NCBI GenBank assembly: GCA_013239625.1
Contig: MU054308.1
Coordinates: forward strand, 15,174 to 79,173
DNA length: 64,000 nucleotides
Direction of reading: 5' to 3'
DNA from: Lama guanicoe
Lineage: Eukaryota
Below the pieces are notes generated by a model, which had not been told where the DNA came from, did not search any database, and saw only the letters and a program-made list of their open reading frames with translations. Positions 14,160 through 26,558 of the stretch are shown in pieces. Within the stretch, counting starts at the first letter, position 1; every line of letters begins with the position of its first letter. The translations under genes were made by a program, and so were the position numbers.

Positions 14160-15089
14160 TTAACAAGGAATATATTTCATTTAACTCTTTTCACAGCATC
14201 CTTCACTTCTTTGTTTCTTAGGCTATAAGTCAATGGGTTTAACATAGGAATCACCAAAGTATAAAACACAGATACCACCTTTTCTTGTTCTAAGGAGTAT
14301 TGGGAGCTTGGCTGAATGTAACTGAAATGTATAGAGCCATAAAACAAGGTCACAGCTGTAAGATGTGAAGCACACGTGCAGAAGGCTTTGTGTCTTCCTG
14401 CTGCTGAGTGGATTCTCAGGATGGCAGCGACGATGAAGACATAGGAGATCATCACAGTCAGGGAAGTGGTCATGGCAATAACTCCAGAGAAGATTAGAAG
14501 CAACAGCTCATTCATGGATGTGTCAGAACATGATGACTTCAACAGTGGAGGAAGGTCACAGAAGAAGTGCCTGATGACATTGGGCCCACAGAAAGACAGT
14601 TTCAGCAAACCAAGCTTGTGTGTCAATGAGTTGATTAAACCTACACACAATCCAATGACTAGAGTGACATAGACCATTTTTCTCATAGCCACCGTATAAA
14701 ATAAAGGGTTCACAATGGCCATGTAGTGGTCATAAGCCATAGCTGCCAACAGGAAGCCCTCCGTGGTCAGGAGTGACATGAATAGAAAATATTGCACAAT
14801 GCACAGAGAATGAAATCGTCTCCCGTTCAACGAAGAAGTTCAGCAACATTGTGGGTGCAAAGACTGATGAATAGCAGGCATCAACAAATGATAGGCAACT
14901 AAGGAAATGATACATGGGTGTTTGGAGTTTGGGAGTTATCTGAATGAGGAAGAGCATGCCTAGGTTCCCCACCAAGGAGATGGTATAGATGAACAGGAAC
15001 AACAGGAAGAGGACCACTTTCATGTCAGCATGATCTGTCAGTCCCAGAAGGAGAAATTTGGTCACCAGTGTGAAATTAACATCAGCCAT
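14160..15089 (-). pseudogene. Olfactory receptor pseudogene, OR5J subfamily-like
   Basis: ATG 15089: [24 protein letters not shown]...[18 protein letters not shown]...TISFS. An apparent 2-nt deletion near 14803 shifts to the frame CIVQYF...MAYDHY...[21 protein letters not shown]...[21 protein letters not shown] second small indel near 14180 gives a stop at 14177 instead of the probable ancestral MKYIPC* (TAA 14160-14162). Strong recalled similarity to OR5J2. Confidence 0.92.
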
Positions 15090-16260
15090 GTGCTTACTTT
15101 TCTTGGGACTTGTTAACAATAAGGAGATTGGAATAAATTGAGAAGTAACCATGTGGCATTATCAAGAGTATCTGGAATCCCTAACTAGTGACTTGAGTTG
15201 TTGACTTCTCTTCTCTACTTGTTTTATCCATAAAATTATAAAATTTTAACTAAAATTTTCTAGTCTCTTTAAGCACTGTTTATTTGCCTGCTCCATTGGG
15301 AAACTCCATGCATGAAGAAAGAAAACATTAAGGTCTCAGTTAGGGATGAATTCAGAAGGCATTCAAAACCTTAAATGAATTTCATTCTAAAATATGTAAA
15401 ATCTAGTTTATAAAGCATAAATGACTGAAGTTGAAAATTTAATGTGTGGTACCATTGAAGCTCTCTTTAAAACATCTTCCTTGGGATCTCATAGTAGCCA
15501 ATGCCAACTATATCAATATATAAGAATAAATGGTATTGTGACATTTAAACTTAAGTTTTCCCACTTAATGACTTCATGTTAAGTTCACACTCCACATATT
15601 TTTTAAACTGGGATGTGAAGAAAGGCAAGTCCCCAATATGAATAAATTCTGAAGTCATTGTCTGAAAATAGCCAGAGGCATTAGCTCCTGAAAAGAGTGC
15701 TCATTAGGCATGTGGGGAGAGGGAGCTCTAAGCTGGAATATGAAAATGGTGAACAGTAACTTACAATTGGCCTTTGATATCCAATAGAATTACCTTACAC
15801 AGGAGACTTAGGAAAAAGAGTCTTTAGCTTTTTCTGACAAAAAGTAAAGCAAGCTTATAAAGTAAAACAAGCTTACAAACCATTCAGCTACTGCTTTGTA
15901 ATACTTTGTTTTCCTTGACATTGCAACACCTTTCTTAGAATATGCAATAAATTTTCCAATTAAGCCAAGCATATTTATTGATTGTGACGTCATTTTGCCT
16001 GTAAAATTGAACTATTTTTTAATATTTATTTTCAAAATAAATATTTTAAACAATTTAGGATACTAGTGACTTTACCTCTGCAGGATATAGGATGATTTTT
16101 TTTTTTGGTGTCTTAATCATCCTTTTCACTTAGGAGATGCTATTCCTTGTGTACAGAGATAAAACTTAGAACAAGAATAACATTGCAAGATTACTGGATT
16201 AATATGAAATAAGGAAACATCTATGCTAGATCTAGAGTATCTAGAGTGACAGATGAAACA

Positions 16261-16272
16261 TCCCCATGGGAA
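16261..16272. promoter_or_regulatory. Candidate O/E (EBF/Olf-1) site upstream of the OR5J-like locus
   Basis: TCCCCATGGGAA resembles the EBF palindrome TCCCNNGGGA, about 1.2 kb upstream of the ATG. A second O/E-like TCCCTGGAG followed by TAAT lies at 16921-16934. Minus-strand donor-like sites occur near 16071-16077 and 16573-16579. Confidence 0.35.
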
Positions 16273-17220
16273 TACAGAGTCATGATTTAGATAGCAATTC
16301 ATTCTTTAGGAAATATTCCAGATTGAATTTAAACACTGATTTTTCATTACTCCAATAGAAGTTGAATAACAATTTTGATGCTAATACAGAAAAAGAGACT
16401 GAAGTGTAAGACAAAAGGTGGGAATAACAGTCAAATTACAAATTTCTCCCTCCCCTATAACTTAAAGTCTTCATCACATTAAAATCTGAACCTTTTTTTC
16501 TTCATTTGTTTTGGATATTTTTAACTGATAAGCAGAATGTATGTAGACTGGATATTTAAATAAGTGAATTTTACTTACCAGTGGAAGAAAAAAATAGTCA
16601 ACACCTTAGTTCATTTATGAACCTCATCAACACTGATCATTCATAGCTTATTTTTCTCTATTTCCCAACCAAAACCAACAAACCCAAATCACACAAGAAT
16701 AGTGAATTGACTGATATTTTCAGTGATATGTATATTGGGTAAATAATAGTAGTTACTGAGTAGCAAGATTGAAATTCATACTTATTTAAATGTGAGAACC
16801 AAAGCCACAGACTCCAAGCTGTGAAAGCAAGAGAAAGATGATCAAAAACAATCATGTTAGAAGATAGATTTTGTTAAAAAGTTCAGTTATATATCTCCCT
16901 GTGTTCAAATGGAAATATGGTCCCTGGAGTTAATCTTGTGATCCAAAGATATATTAAATATATTATTAAAAGTTCTTCTGTACTTCTTGAGGGATTTAGG
17001 AAACTCTCAATAACTTAATGGCTCCCTTAAGGCATTTGATTTCCTGATTGTTAAAATGAGTAGAAGGAAAAGTGGGGCAAGTATAGGGAAAGAACAGAAA
17101 TCTACAATCTCTGAAAATAAAAAAAAAAAACTGAAATAGAATTGGTAGTGATGCCTGCTCCATACCTCAGCAAGGAAAGATTTTCAAAATAACCTATTAT
17201 TTGTAACTAATTGTCAAACG

Positions 17221-17268
17221 CACACACACACACAGACACACAGACACACACACACACACACACACACA
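17221..17268. repeat. Interrupted (CA)n microsatellite
   Basis: Direct reading: CA run with two GA interruptions. Confidence 0.95.
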
Positions 17269-17658
17269 AGCAAAGTGGGATATCAGTGGGCTTTAATGTA
17301 GTAAAGCAACACTAGATAAAAAACAATTTTAATCCTTTACTTCTTTGGATTGCAAAAAAGTCATACAAGAAAATTAAAACTACTACTTCTTAAAAGGCTA
17401 CCTTGTAGTGGATCCAACCACCTACCTCTTGAATTTGATTCTTCCAGTCTAGATATGTGTCTGTGGATAGAAAATTTGGGGGGGGTGGCTTTAAAATGAA
17501 TTATGATGGATTCTGGTAGCAGTATTTCACACTCTTCCATTACATAGACATCTAAATAAGAATCATCCTTTGTTGCTTATTCTAAAAACAATTACATTTT
17601 TCTTCCTAAATGCAATTTCCTAAATCCCTAAATTAAAAGCTGATGGGGCAGGTGGTAG

Positions 17659-18176
17659 TGTTACTGGGTCCCAAATTCATTCTGTTCACTGCTCAACAGG
17701 CCAATAAGTTGGGAGACAAAGTGTTAGGGCAAGGAATAACAACTTATTTGGAAAGCCAGCAGACAGAGAAGAAGGCAGAATAATGTCCTGGAGAACCATC
17801 TTACCCAAGTCAGAATTCAGGCTTCTTTTATACTAAAAAGGGGAGGGAATGTGGTTGATTGTTTCAAACTTCTTGGTGTCAGAATCCTTTGTTCATGCAG
17901 CTGCCCATGTAGGTCAGGTCATGGTGTCCCTGTAGACCTCCAACAAGACAAATGTTATTTTCAACTCTGCAACTTTTTATTTATATAAATGGGAAAGCAT
18001 TATACCCTTAAAAGTCAGAGCCTTGAGAATGGGCTCACCTTTATATTTCAGGCTGTAGGCAACATTCTTTTACAAAAGGTGCACAATCAGCATGACTCCG
18101 CACAGGAAATAGAGCATAGGGTTAGAGCCAAAGAAACAGGTCTAGCAAGGAGTCAGATTTGTTCCTCCCTCTTACA
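17659..18176 (-). mobile_element. Complete solo LTR, ERV1 class (MER41-like artiodactyl LTR)
   Basis: Begins TGTTAC (17659) and ends TTACA (18176), flanked by a 4-bp direct repeat GTAG (17655-17658 and 18177-18180). The TATA-like motif is on the minus strand (CTTTTATA on plus). The MER41-like call is from memory. Confidence 0.85.
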
Positions 18177-18328
18177 GTAGGAGTGGGGTTAGGTGAGATT
18201 CTGTGGCTGAGTTAAGCCAGAAGATAAGCCATTATTTTAGAAGGCCTAGAACACTTTTTTAAGTACCTGATGCAGTCTCTGTTTTAATTTTTAAATATAA
18301 AATTCATTTCCAGTCCACATATGAAAGT

Positions 18329-18782
18329 GTGAAGGAAAAGACAGGCTGGGCTAACAAGATAACTCACAAGTCTAGGAATGTGAAGGAAAAGCTGGGCTGG
18401 GATGGCAGGATAATTCACACATCTAAGTATCGGAATACTGATCTGAGTTCTGCTAACTAACTCATAAATCTAAGTTAATTAGTGTTGGTTTGCTGTTCAT
18501 GGTTTTTTTTTTTTTTTTTTTTGTTTTCCTATGGCTTTGGAATGTTGGTTTGCTGCCTCCCTGCCTCCACTTTTGTGATAATGATGCTGCTAAAGCTGTT
18601 CCATGCCTATTGGCTGAATACCCCAAGCTTGTACTTTACCCTATAAAACCTCATGTGCACGTCTTGGAGGTGCTCAGAGTTTCAGAGAAGAAGCCCCCTT
18701 GAGCCTGCCAGCATAATAAATCTGAGTACTCCAACCCTCTGAGTGGTGCTTGTTTCTTGGCTGGCCTTTCATTTCCCTAACA
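18329..18782 (+). mobile_element. ERV LTR (TATA box, polyA signal, CA end) with a ~51-bp imperfect internal tandem repeat
   Basis: CCTATAAAA near 18640, AATAAA 18715-18720, ends CCCTAACA. The unit TGTGAAGGAAAAG...GGCTGGG...GATAA.TCACA..TCTA occurs twice near 18329-18430. 5' boundary uncertain. Confidence 0.65.
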
Positions 18783-19231
18783 CTCTGACGTTTAAAATAA
18801 ATCTTGATCTTACCTCTTTTTTTTATAGGAACTTGCTTTTGCTAATATTAGATTGTAATTTATATGATCTCTATATCAGAATTGAACTTATTCAATTAAA
18901 TTAATTAATTAGTCAATACTATTCATGATACAAAGACATCACAATATAAGAATGCATGTGTAATATATAAAGGAATATATCTTTTAATTTGAGGGAGAGA
19001 TAGGTCTAAAAATCAGTTACAAACTTCAAACTTACTGGAAAACATTGGATGAACTTGCTTCCTATATCACTAAGAACTAGTTAATAGAAGAGAGAACTTT
19101 TATTTACCAATTTGGCAGCACCCATTCAGTTATATGCTACCTCCCTCCTGAGTCTTATACATATATTATCTGTACTCCAATCCAAAGGCAATCAACCTCA
19201 TATACACTGGACCTTATATTTTACATGAAGT

Positions 19232-19810
19232 TGTGGGAGCCCATGACTGGGTTAACAAATTGCAACAGAGCCCAGCCACTTGTCACCTTTAGGAAGAACA
19301 AATGCAGGTGTCTGTGCATCACACTCCTGTCTCCTTGTCATAAAAAGCAGGGACAATCCCTTGCTTGCATAGTTGAGGTGTTAGATAGCACTGTGCTAAT
19401 TGCAAAGCAATGACCCAGGCCCTCAAAATATAAATGTTGGGTGTGCCTGATGTTTAGATAGTCTGTTATGCCCAAGACAAGGAACTAGCTGGCCTGGTGG
19501 TCTGCTTTTTAATTAACATGTCTAAAGAATGTACCTTGTTCCCCTCTCCCTGTGACTTCCCTAAAGATAAACTAAGCCTTTGTACTCATTGTGATTTCTA
19601 CAAACTCTATCTCATCCTGTCTTTCCCTAAATTCCTGCATTCCATCACACAACTGTTAGTGAGTTTTCCTTTGACTGTACACAATTAATGTGGGAGCATT
19701 TGAGAGGTTTGTGGAGTTGGTCCCTGACTCCCTCTTGCTCTCATGACTTTCCACAGAGTCTCGGGTAATTCATTCTGTCTCGGTGGGTCTTCTGCTGGTC
19801 AGAACCCTCA
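19232..19810. mobile_element. Probable solo LTR
   Basis: TG...CA bounded segment (TGTGGGAG...CCCTCA) with TGAAG on both sides (19226-19230, 19811-19815) as a possible TSD. LTR-like composition. Confidence 0.5.
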
Positions 19811-19879
19811 TGAAGGTATTGGTCAAAAATCTCTACTATGTCTCTTATTTCATCTACATTTGCCATTTCTCTGAATCAT

Positions 19880-20900
19880 TTTACATCAGCAAAAAGCAAT
19901 CTGTTACCTCACTCATTCTTAAAATAAAATCTTTCCTGGTTCCATTCCCTTTATCTTCTATGACTTCATTTCACCCTCTCTTCTTTGTAACAAAAATCAG
20001 GAGGTTCTATCATGTTTGTCTCCCATTTCTTTCCTTCCACTCTCTTGAACCCTATTCAGTCACACTTCAATTACTAACACTGAAAATGCTCTTTTCAATG
20101 TCACCAATGACCTCTGCATCACTAAATATACTTGTTATTGTTCACTTCGCATGTTAAAGAATCCATCAGCAACATTTCACCCAATATTCCCTGACACACT
20201 CCCTTCAGATGACATGATTCCCAAATTATTACCTCCAGCTCAGAATTTTTTCTTGAGGTTGAGACCTGGAAATTGATCTTCTTCCATGTTATTTCCTCCT
20301 GAATGACTAATAGATTTCTTAATTAAGTCTGTGTCTTGGTTCTTCCCTCATCCCCAAACCTACTCCACTCACAACATTCTCTGTCTTAGCTGATGGTACA
20401 TTTGGTCTCTCCTCTTCATCTCACATCCAGTGTATTAGGAAATTCTTTTTGCTCATCCTTCAATATATGTCCCAAATTCAGTCACTTCTAATCATTTTTA
20501 GACCTGCACCAAATTACTATCTTCTTTCCCTGAATCCTTGCAATTGCCTCAAATCTACTCTCTTTGCTCTATTTTAGCATCCTCTGCCAAATAATACTCT
20601 ATCCTCAATAGAGCACTCACAATTATCTTTTAAACTCATAAGTCGGGTCACATCACACCTCTATTCAGTACTCAGCAAACACTCTCCATGTAACTCAGAG
20701 TAAAATTCAAAACCCCTATAGTTAGTAAAAATTGTTTCTCTTTTATTCCACTCTTTTGAGTGACCCCTTACTGACTGCTCTGGCACCATTCTGTGCCTCT
20801 TACTGGTGAGGTGTGTTGTTGCTGTAGTGCCTTTACATAGGCTGTTCTCCCTACATAGCACACTTTCTCCCAGACATCTGTATGACTAACTCACTTCATA
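19880..20900 (+). mobile_element. LINE-2 fragment
   Basis: Pyrimidine-rich L2 hallmarks: GTCACCAATGACCTCTG, CAGATGACATGATTCCCAAATT, TCTCACATCCAGTGTATTAGGAAATTC, CTCAGAGTAAAATTCAAAACCC. Confidence 0.75.
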
Positions 20901-22800
20901 TTGGTAAATGGAAATAACTAATATGTTAGTTAGTTCTGACCTTGGACCTGGACAAGCAGAGACACTGTTCTTATCTCTACATCTTGAACTGTCTTCTGAG
21001 AAATTATCTAAGTTCTCTTTCAGTGTCAGGGACTGGGAAGTGCCTTCTAGTGGGGCACTCCAGCCAGGATTAGACTGCATGGGCCTCATCCCTGCTTTCC
21101 CATCCAGGTGCTCTTTGGTGTTCTATCCCTCACTTGGGGTCCACCAGATACCCCTAGTTACTGGATCTGCCTCTGTGAGGTTATCTCTGGCCCTGTGGCC
21201 AGGACCTTAGTTCCAGGAGGGCCGTCTAGGAAGTAAATGTCCTCTATGAGCTGGTTCATTATTTCTTTCATAATATTGGACTAAGCTGATTACTAGAATG
21301 GTGTTTACATGATGGTTTTGAGTGACACAAGGCACATTCAAGGATCTGGGTTATAAATGGTCCTCTATTGACCTTTGGCTTGGGCCAGATGTCTGGGCCT
21401 TTAGCTGTCACTTATCTGAGGTCTGACTGCATTGTCACCACCTACAGTAGTAGATGCAGACATCTTACATCCTGTGCATCTCTCCTACCGATACCCAAGC
21501 AGGTCACCCCAGCCCTTCCACAGGCTCTGCTGTGTGTCAATCAGGTCTTCAGATGTGGCTGTACTTAACTCTTGCAAGGCTTTGAAAGCATTTGTTCTCA
21601 ATGAGGATTGTTCCTCTCTTGCCTCCATGGATGTGGGGGAATTGTGCTCTCTTGTGTTGGTTCTAAACCATGTGTGATGAGGAGTATCATTAGCATGAAT
21701 GGGACCACTTTTCTTTGCCTGCATTCAGGTTTTTCATTTGCTCTACCTGCTGGTGGTGATGTGTGGATGATAGGGCTGTGGTCAGTGGTGAAATCTATCA
21801 CCTTCCAGAAATGCAGCCATTGTGGTATTAAGAGTTCAAGGGAAGTCATGGTTGGAGGATAATTCTATATACACCTAAAATTCCAAGTCATTTATTTAAC
21901 ATGATTGGGAAATGAATTATTGTTCATATTTTCTTTCAGACTGTGGTCCTCAGGTTTGTACTTGTGCTCATTAATAAGGAAATATTACTGAGAGAGTAAC
22001 TGGAAGGCAGTATTCATGGGCAGTCCCATAAATTATGCAGCATCATTAGTTATGATGTAAAACAGCAAACTATCATCTCCTCCAGGAGTGCAGTCCATGT
22101 CAGATGGTTCTTCCATGTCAGGAAAAACATCTAAAATTTTAATTAAAATAAAATAGCGTTTGTCCCTTAATACAATAGTCTAGTGAATTCTAGGCACTCA
22201 TGGACTTTTACTTTTCTAATGAATCAGTTCAATACTAGTTTTTTTCTGTGGGGTGTGAATACACATTAAAATAGGTAGGATTCAAGAATGTATAGAGCAA
22301 CAAACTCCTTGGCATAGACTCTCTCTGAAGGGGCCTCATAGACTAAGTCCAGATTTTCCATCAGTCTTCAATCCCAGTGCTACATTCCATCAGAGTAAAC
22401 AGGCCTGTCATTCTTTTTTTAAAAAAATGGAGGGAGTTAAGTTTGTTTAATCTCTAGAAATTGTGCTTTTATTTTTAAAAGTCATGGCATATTAAGATCA
22501 GGTACTGAGAGAAGAAAAGAACAATTTGGATTAATGTAAGCATTTTTGTACATGTATGTATAAATTTTGTTATTCTGGAATAAGAACGAATTTCTCCTCT
22601 AGTCACCAAACAGCATATATTTGTGTGGATTGATGGTGTATCTCATCCCAGAACTCATCTTTTGCATTTTATAAGTATAAGAGCATTTCACCCCAATTCT
22701 GCAGAGACACTATATTCTGACCCAGTTTACACAGTTTTCTATTTCTGAACATGATGGGAAATAAAAGCATCTTCAGATAGAAGCCCAGGAGAAGATGATA

Positions 22801-22820
22801 GAAAGAAAGGAAGAAAGAAA

Positions 22821-22902
<82 letters not shown>

Positions 22903-22905
22903 AAA
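22801..22905. repeat. (GAAA)n tetranucleotide microsatellite
   Basis: Direct reading; explains the low-complexity FFLS-repeat ORFs on the minus strand. Confidence 0.97.
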
Positions 22906-23429
22906 AATACCTAATTGGTTGGGGACAAACATTTTGCAAACACTTGAATAGGTCAGACCACAGATAACTGTGTCTTGGAAAATTGTAATGATGGGAAATT
23001 TATAAACCCTGAGGGGAACTGAGAAGTGGTTCTGCAGGATTATGACCTTTCAGGGAAACCTCTTTAGATTCCATTTGGAAGTCAATAAGGAAACTTCTGC
23101 TTCTTTATTTATGTTTAGCTTGAGACCATGTTGAAGACAGTACTTGAGAAGTGGTGGGGAAAATTCTTTATCTCATCAGCCAGAGCTGCCCATCCTCATT
23201 CTTAGATATAGAAGTGAGACTTGGAACTGTAGTTCACTTTTTGGCCAGCTGGCAGTTGGGCTTTCCTCCATAGAGAATAGAAGATTGTCATTATCAAGAA
23301 TTTTCAAGGAATGGGGACATGGTGAGATTTATCATTTGCATTTGTGCATATTCCAAGAGGGTTTTAAATTGGGATGTAGTACTAGAAGTATGGGTGTCTT
23401 GATGCAGGCTGCCAAATTTAAGGCAAGCT

Positions 23430-23610
23430 AGGGTTTATCATGAAACTGTGCACACTGGGCTAATTATATAACCATTTTTTGGCCTCAGAATCTTCATTCT
23501 TAATGGGAATTATATACTAACAACCTCAAATGATTTAGAAACAAAATCATAATGTGGCTTTGATTGGACAGCACTTGACACATTTTAAATGCTCAATAAA
23601 TAACAACCAT
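23430..23610 (+). mobile_element. MIR SINE fragment
   Basis: GGCCTCAGAATCTTCATTC..AATGGGAAT...CAGCACTTGACACAT...TGCTCAATAAAT resembles the MIR core and 3' end. Confidence 0.45.
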
Positions 23611-24066
23611 TTGAATGCAAACTTACTTTGGAGGCCAGGGCTCCTCATTACTGCAAGTCTAATGGAGTTAGACCTACCTTCAGCTTATCTTCTCCAACTT
23701 CAATCCAAATAATTGTGAAGTGCAACAAGTGAATATTTTTGTCAGAGCTAGTCAATAGTTTTATATATTCTTTCTTAGCATACATTTATTGTTCATCCTC
23801 TAACATTGTCCTTCTTCCTGGTGATTTAGATTAAAAAGTGGAATTATTCTGAGGCTATGTAAATAATACTGATGTAGGAGCACAGTAATTCAAGTGCTGT
23901 TTACCACTCACAGTACTATTAATACGTAGCATATTATTTAATGATCCTGCAAGAAAACCCTAAGGAATGGCCTAGGACATGAAGGGTAAGAATGTTTTAC
24001 TCAAATCGCAGAGTGTAGACTTCTTATTTTAAATTCATCTACTTAATTTTCTCTAAGTGCATTTAA

Positions 24067-24571
24067 TGTTGCTAAATAAAAATTGGCACTTGCCATCTGC
24101 TTTTACAAGTATTGGATTACATTGGCACTTGTCATATAATTTTGTTTTGATTAAATCATGATCCACTGCAGCTAATGAACCTCCAACACACCCTGAAAGG
24201 AGGTCAGCATGGAGATCAGGAATGAGGCATTCTGTGTTCAAGGAAAACTGGCTGAATGGGCCTTCAGATAGTTAGATATTTTCAGAAGATTTTATATGTC
24301 CAAATTCTTGCCTTTTCTCATATCTAGAAAAGCACTAAAGTCATTACCAGTGACATTTGTTCCTCATGATGAGCAGCAAGCCTCTGCCTAAGTGTGTGCT
24401 TGGCAGCATGTGCCCCCTTCACTGAAAAATATGGTACTGAGTATCCCCCTGACTCTTTGAAGCAGTTTCTCAGAGCTTTCTGGAATGCTGTCTCCTGGGC
24501 TAGAGTCCTCATTTTGCCCCAAATAAAAGAACCCACAATTCTCACATTGTGTGATTTTTTTTCAGTCAACA
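24067..24571 (+). mobile_element. Solo LTR, ERV1 class
   Basis: Starts TGTTG and ends CAACA (inverted termini), AATAAA near 24522. Body resembles artiodactyl ERV1 LTRs (GCAGTTTCTCAGAGCTTTCTGGAATGCTGTCTCCTGGGCT). Confidence 0.75.
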
Positions 24572-26558
24572 ATGTCATAAATAGAACTATATTTCTGCCA
24601 GGATTGTTCAAGAGTATTTAATTGGGTGAAGTTCTGAACTGCTTTAGGGCCACTGAATCATGGATTTGTTTCTTTCTTAAAATGAGCTAAATCACTAAGA
24701 CAGCAGATGGAAATAAGGCCCAGGCATCCATCAGGAAGGACTCAGCTGGGAACATTGAAAAGTTATTTTTTTCAAAATTCCAGAAATAGAAAGAGTATAA
24801 AAGTTGAGACATTTAGGGAAATCGGCTGAGTGATATTGAAGGGAGAGAAAAGGACCTGATATATGAAGAGAACATATTTCTTAGATTAACAGGGAAAAGA
24901 ATATGCTTAAATAGACAGATAAAGAATAAATCAGTGCTGAAGTAAATACTAACCCTGGACTAAAAATGCAGTAGATTTAAGGAGCTTAACAGGGAGGTTA
25001 ATTAGAATGGGATAATATCTTAATTTAATATTATCATAAAATTGCAAAACATTATAATGGCAATTCTACTACTAATTTTAAGAGTTATGAATCTTATATA
25101 TACTTCAAAATTGATACAGGAATTTGCATTATTTTCATAATGATACTAGAATAGTATTGTTGTCAAAATGAATGGGAAGGAAGCAGTGGGCAATGGGAAT
25201 AGTGGGGAGGCAAATTTTCCAAGGTTATAGCCCCAAGATATGGCCCAGGGCCCATGGTTTGAGGGCCCTGAGCAACCTCTGTTAGAGCCCCAGCATTTAA
25301 ACAACATGGCTGTCAAGAAAGGAAAGACCATGAAATCATCTAGGAGAAATGTGAAAAGAACATGGCATTTTGTATAAGAATACATGCAGTTAAAATTGAT
25401 ATCAGAGTGACTACAGAGGTTAAGGAGGGCTGTACCCATAATTCGGCTATCTGTGGATGGTTTAGTGTAGCTGATATTTTGTAATTTGTTAGTTCCACCT
25501 ATGAAAATTAATTCTGCTGGGTAGGATAAAATTATCATTAAACCCCATCTTCTTTTTCTGAACAGTTTAGATGATGGAAGATATAGTGTTGTAGGTTTTA
25601 AACCTGATTTTTGATGTTAAAACTTTTTATAATTATATCAATATAGATAATTGAATAGAAAATAAACCCATTGTTCTCTGCCTATTTTTCTCATTCTTTA
25701 TGCTTGATTCGTCTTCTCACAAAATTAAATCTGACTTATATTCTTAAAGTATTCTGATCCTAACAAAATCATATATAGCTTCAAATTTGAATTTTATTAG
25801 TGGGATTAATCTGGCCAGAGTTTCTTAATTATTCACTGGAACTCTAACCTTTGTGAGATATAACTCTCATGTATCCTAACTGGCAATGACAGTCAAATTA
25901 TGGCCACCGCAAGTCTAAAATTGGAGAAATAATTTTTTCTTAAAGCATAACCCAAGCAAGATACTGAAGAGGTCAGGAATAATTGTGCAAACTGGTGTCC
26001 AAATCAAAAAATAGTCTTGGTCAAGAGAGAATCTCCAGAAGCATTATTTCTAAATTATATACTAGTATTGTTTTTCAGTAATTGAGATGCATACACATTA
26101 TTTACATGTACATAAGCCAACATATGCATGTGCTTAATAAAATATCTTTAGAATCTCTGTCATATGAAGAAAGAGCTTCAAGATATTAAAGTGAACTGAT
26201 TGAGATTGTAAAGCAAAGTCACTGGTGCTCAGAACTTGGCAGAGAGAATAATCACTTAAGGGCTTTCCCCACCAAAAAAAAAAAGAAATTTAGTCCCCCT
26301 AGAAAGACCTTGAATCAATGTCCATGCTTAAAGCATAAACATCAGCATTAATAAATAAAAAAGCTTCCCAAGTGAGTATAATGTATGGGCAACTTTGAGA
26401 AACACTGAGTTCTAGGTGTTGATGGAATTAGAAACCTGAAAGTTGTGATTTTGAGTCCAAATACACTGGTATTGCCAAGTCACCATTTCCCCAATTTTCT
26501 TTGCAGATAAACCATTTCTCAGCTGTGTCTGTCCTACATTCACCATAAAAGCAACATT

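Noticed and set aside
14730..15152. 21-aa N-terminal extension of the OR5J-like ORF from ATG 15152
   Set aside because: The homologous start is the MADxNFT Met at 15089. The upstream in-frame ATG is probably incidental intronic or UTR sequence.
18329..18430. Two ~51-bp direct repeats, superficially array-like
   Set aside because: Only two imperfect adjacent units with no spacers, inside an LTR in mammalian DNA. Not a CRISPR or functional array.
22669..22939. ORFs with FFLS repeats that look like transmembrane peptides
   Set aside because: They are translations of the (GAAA)n microsatellite.
25146..25538. 130-aa minus-strand ORF
   Set aside because: No recognisable homology or gene structure.
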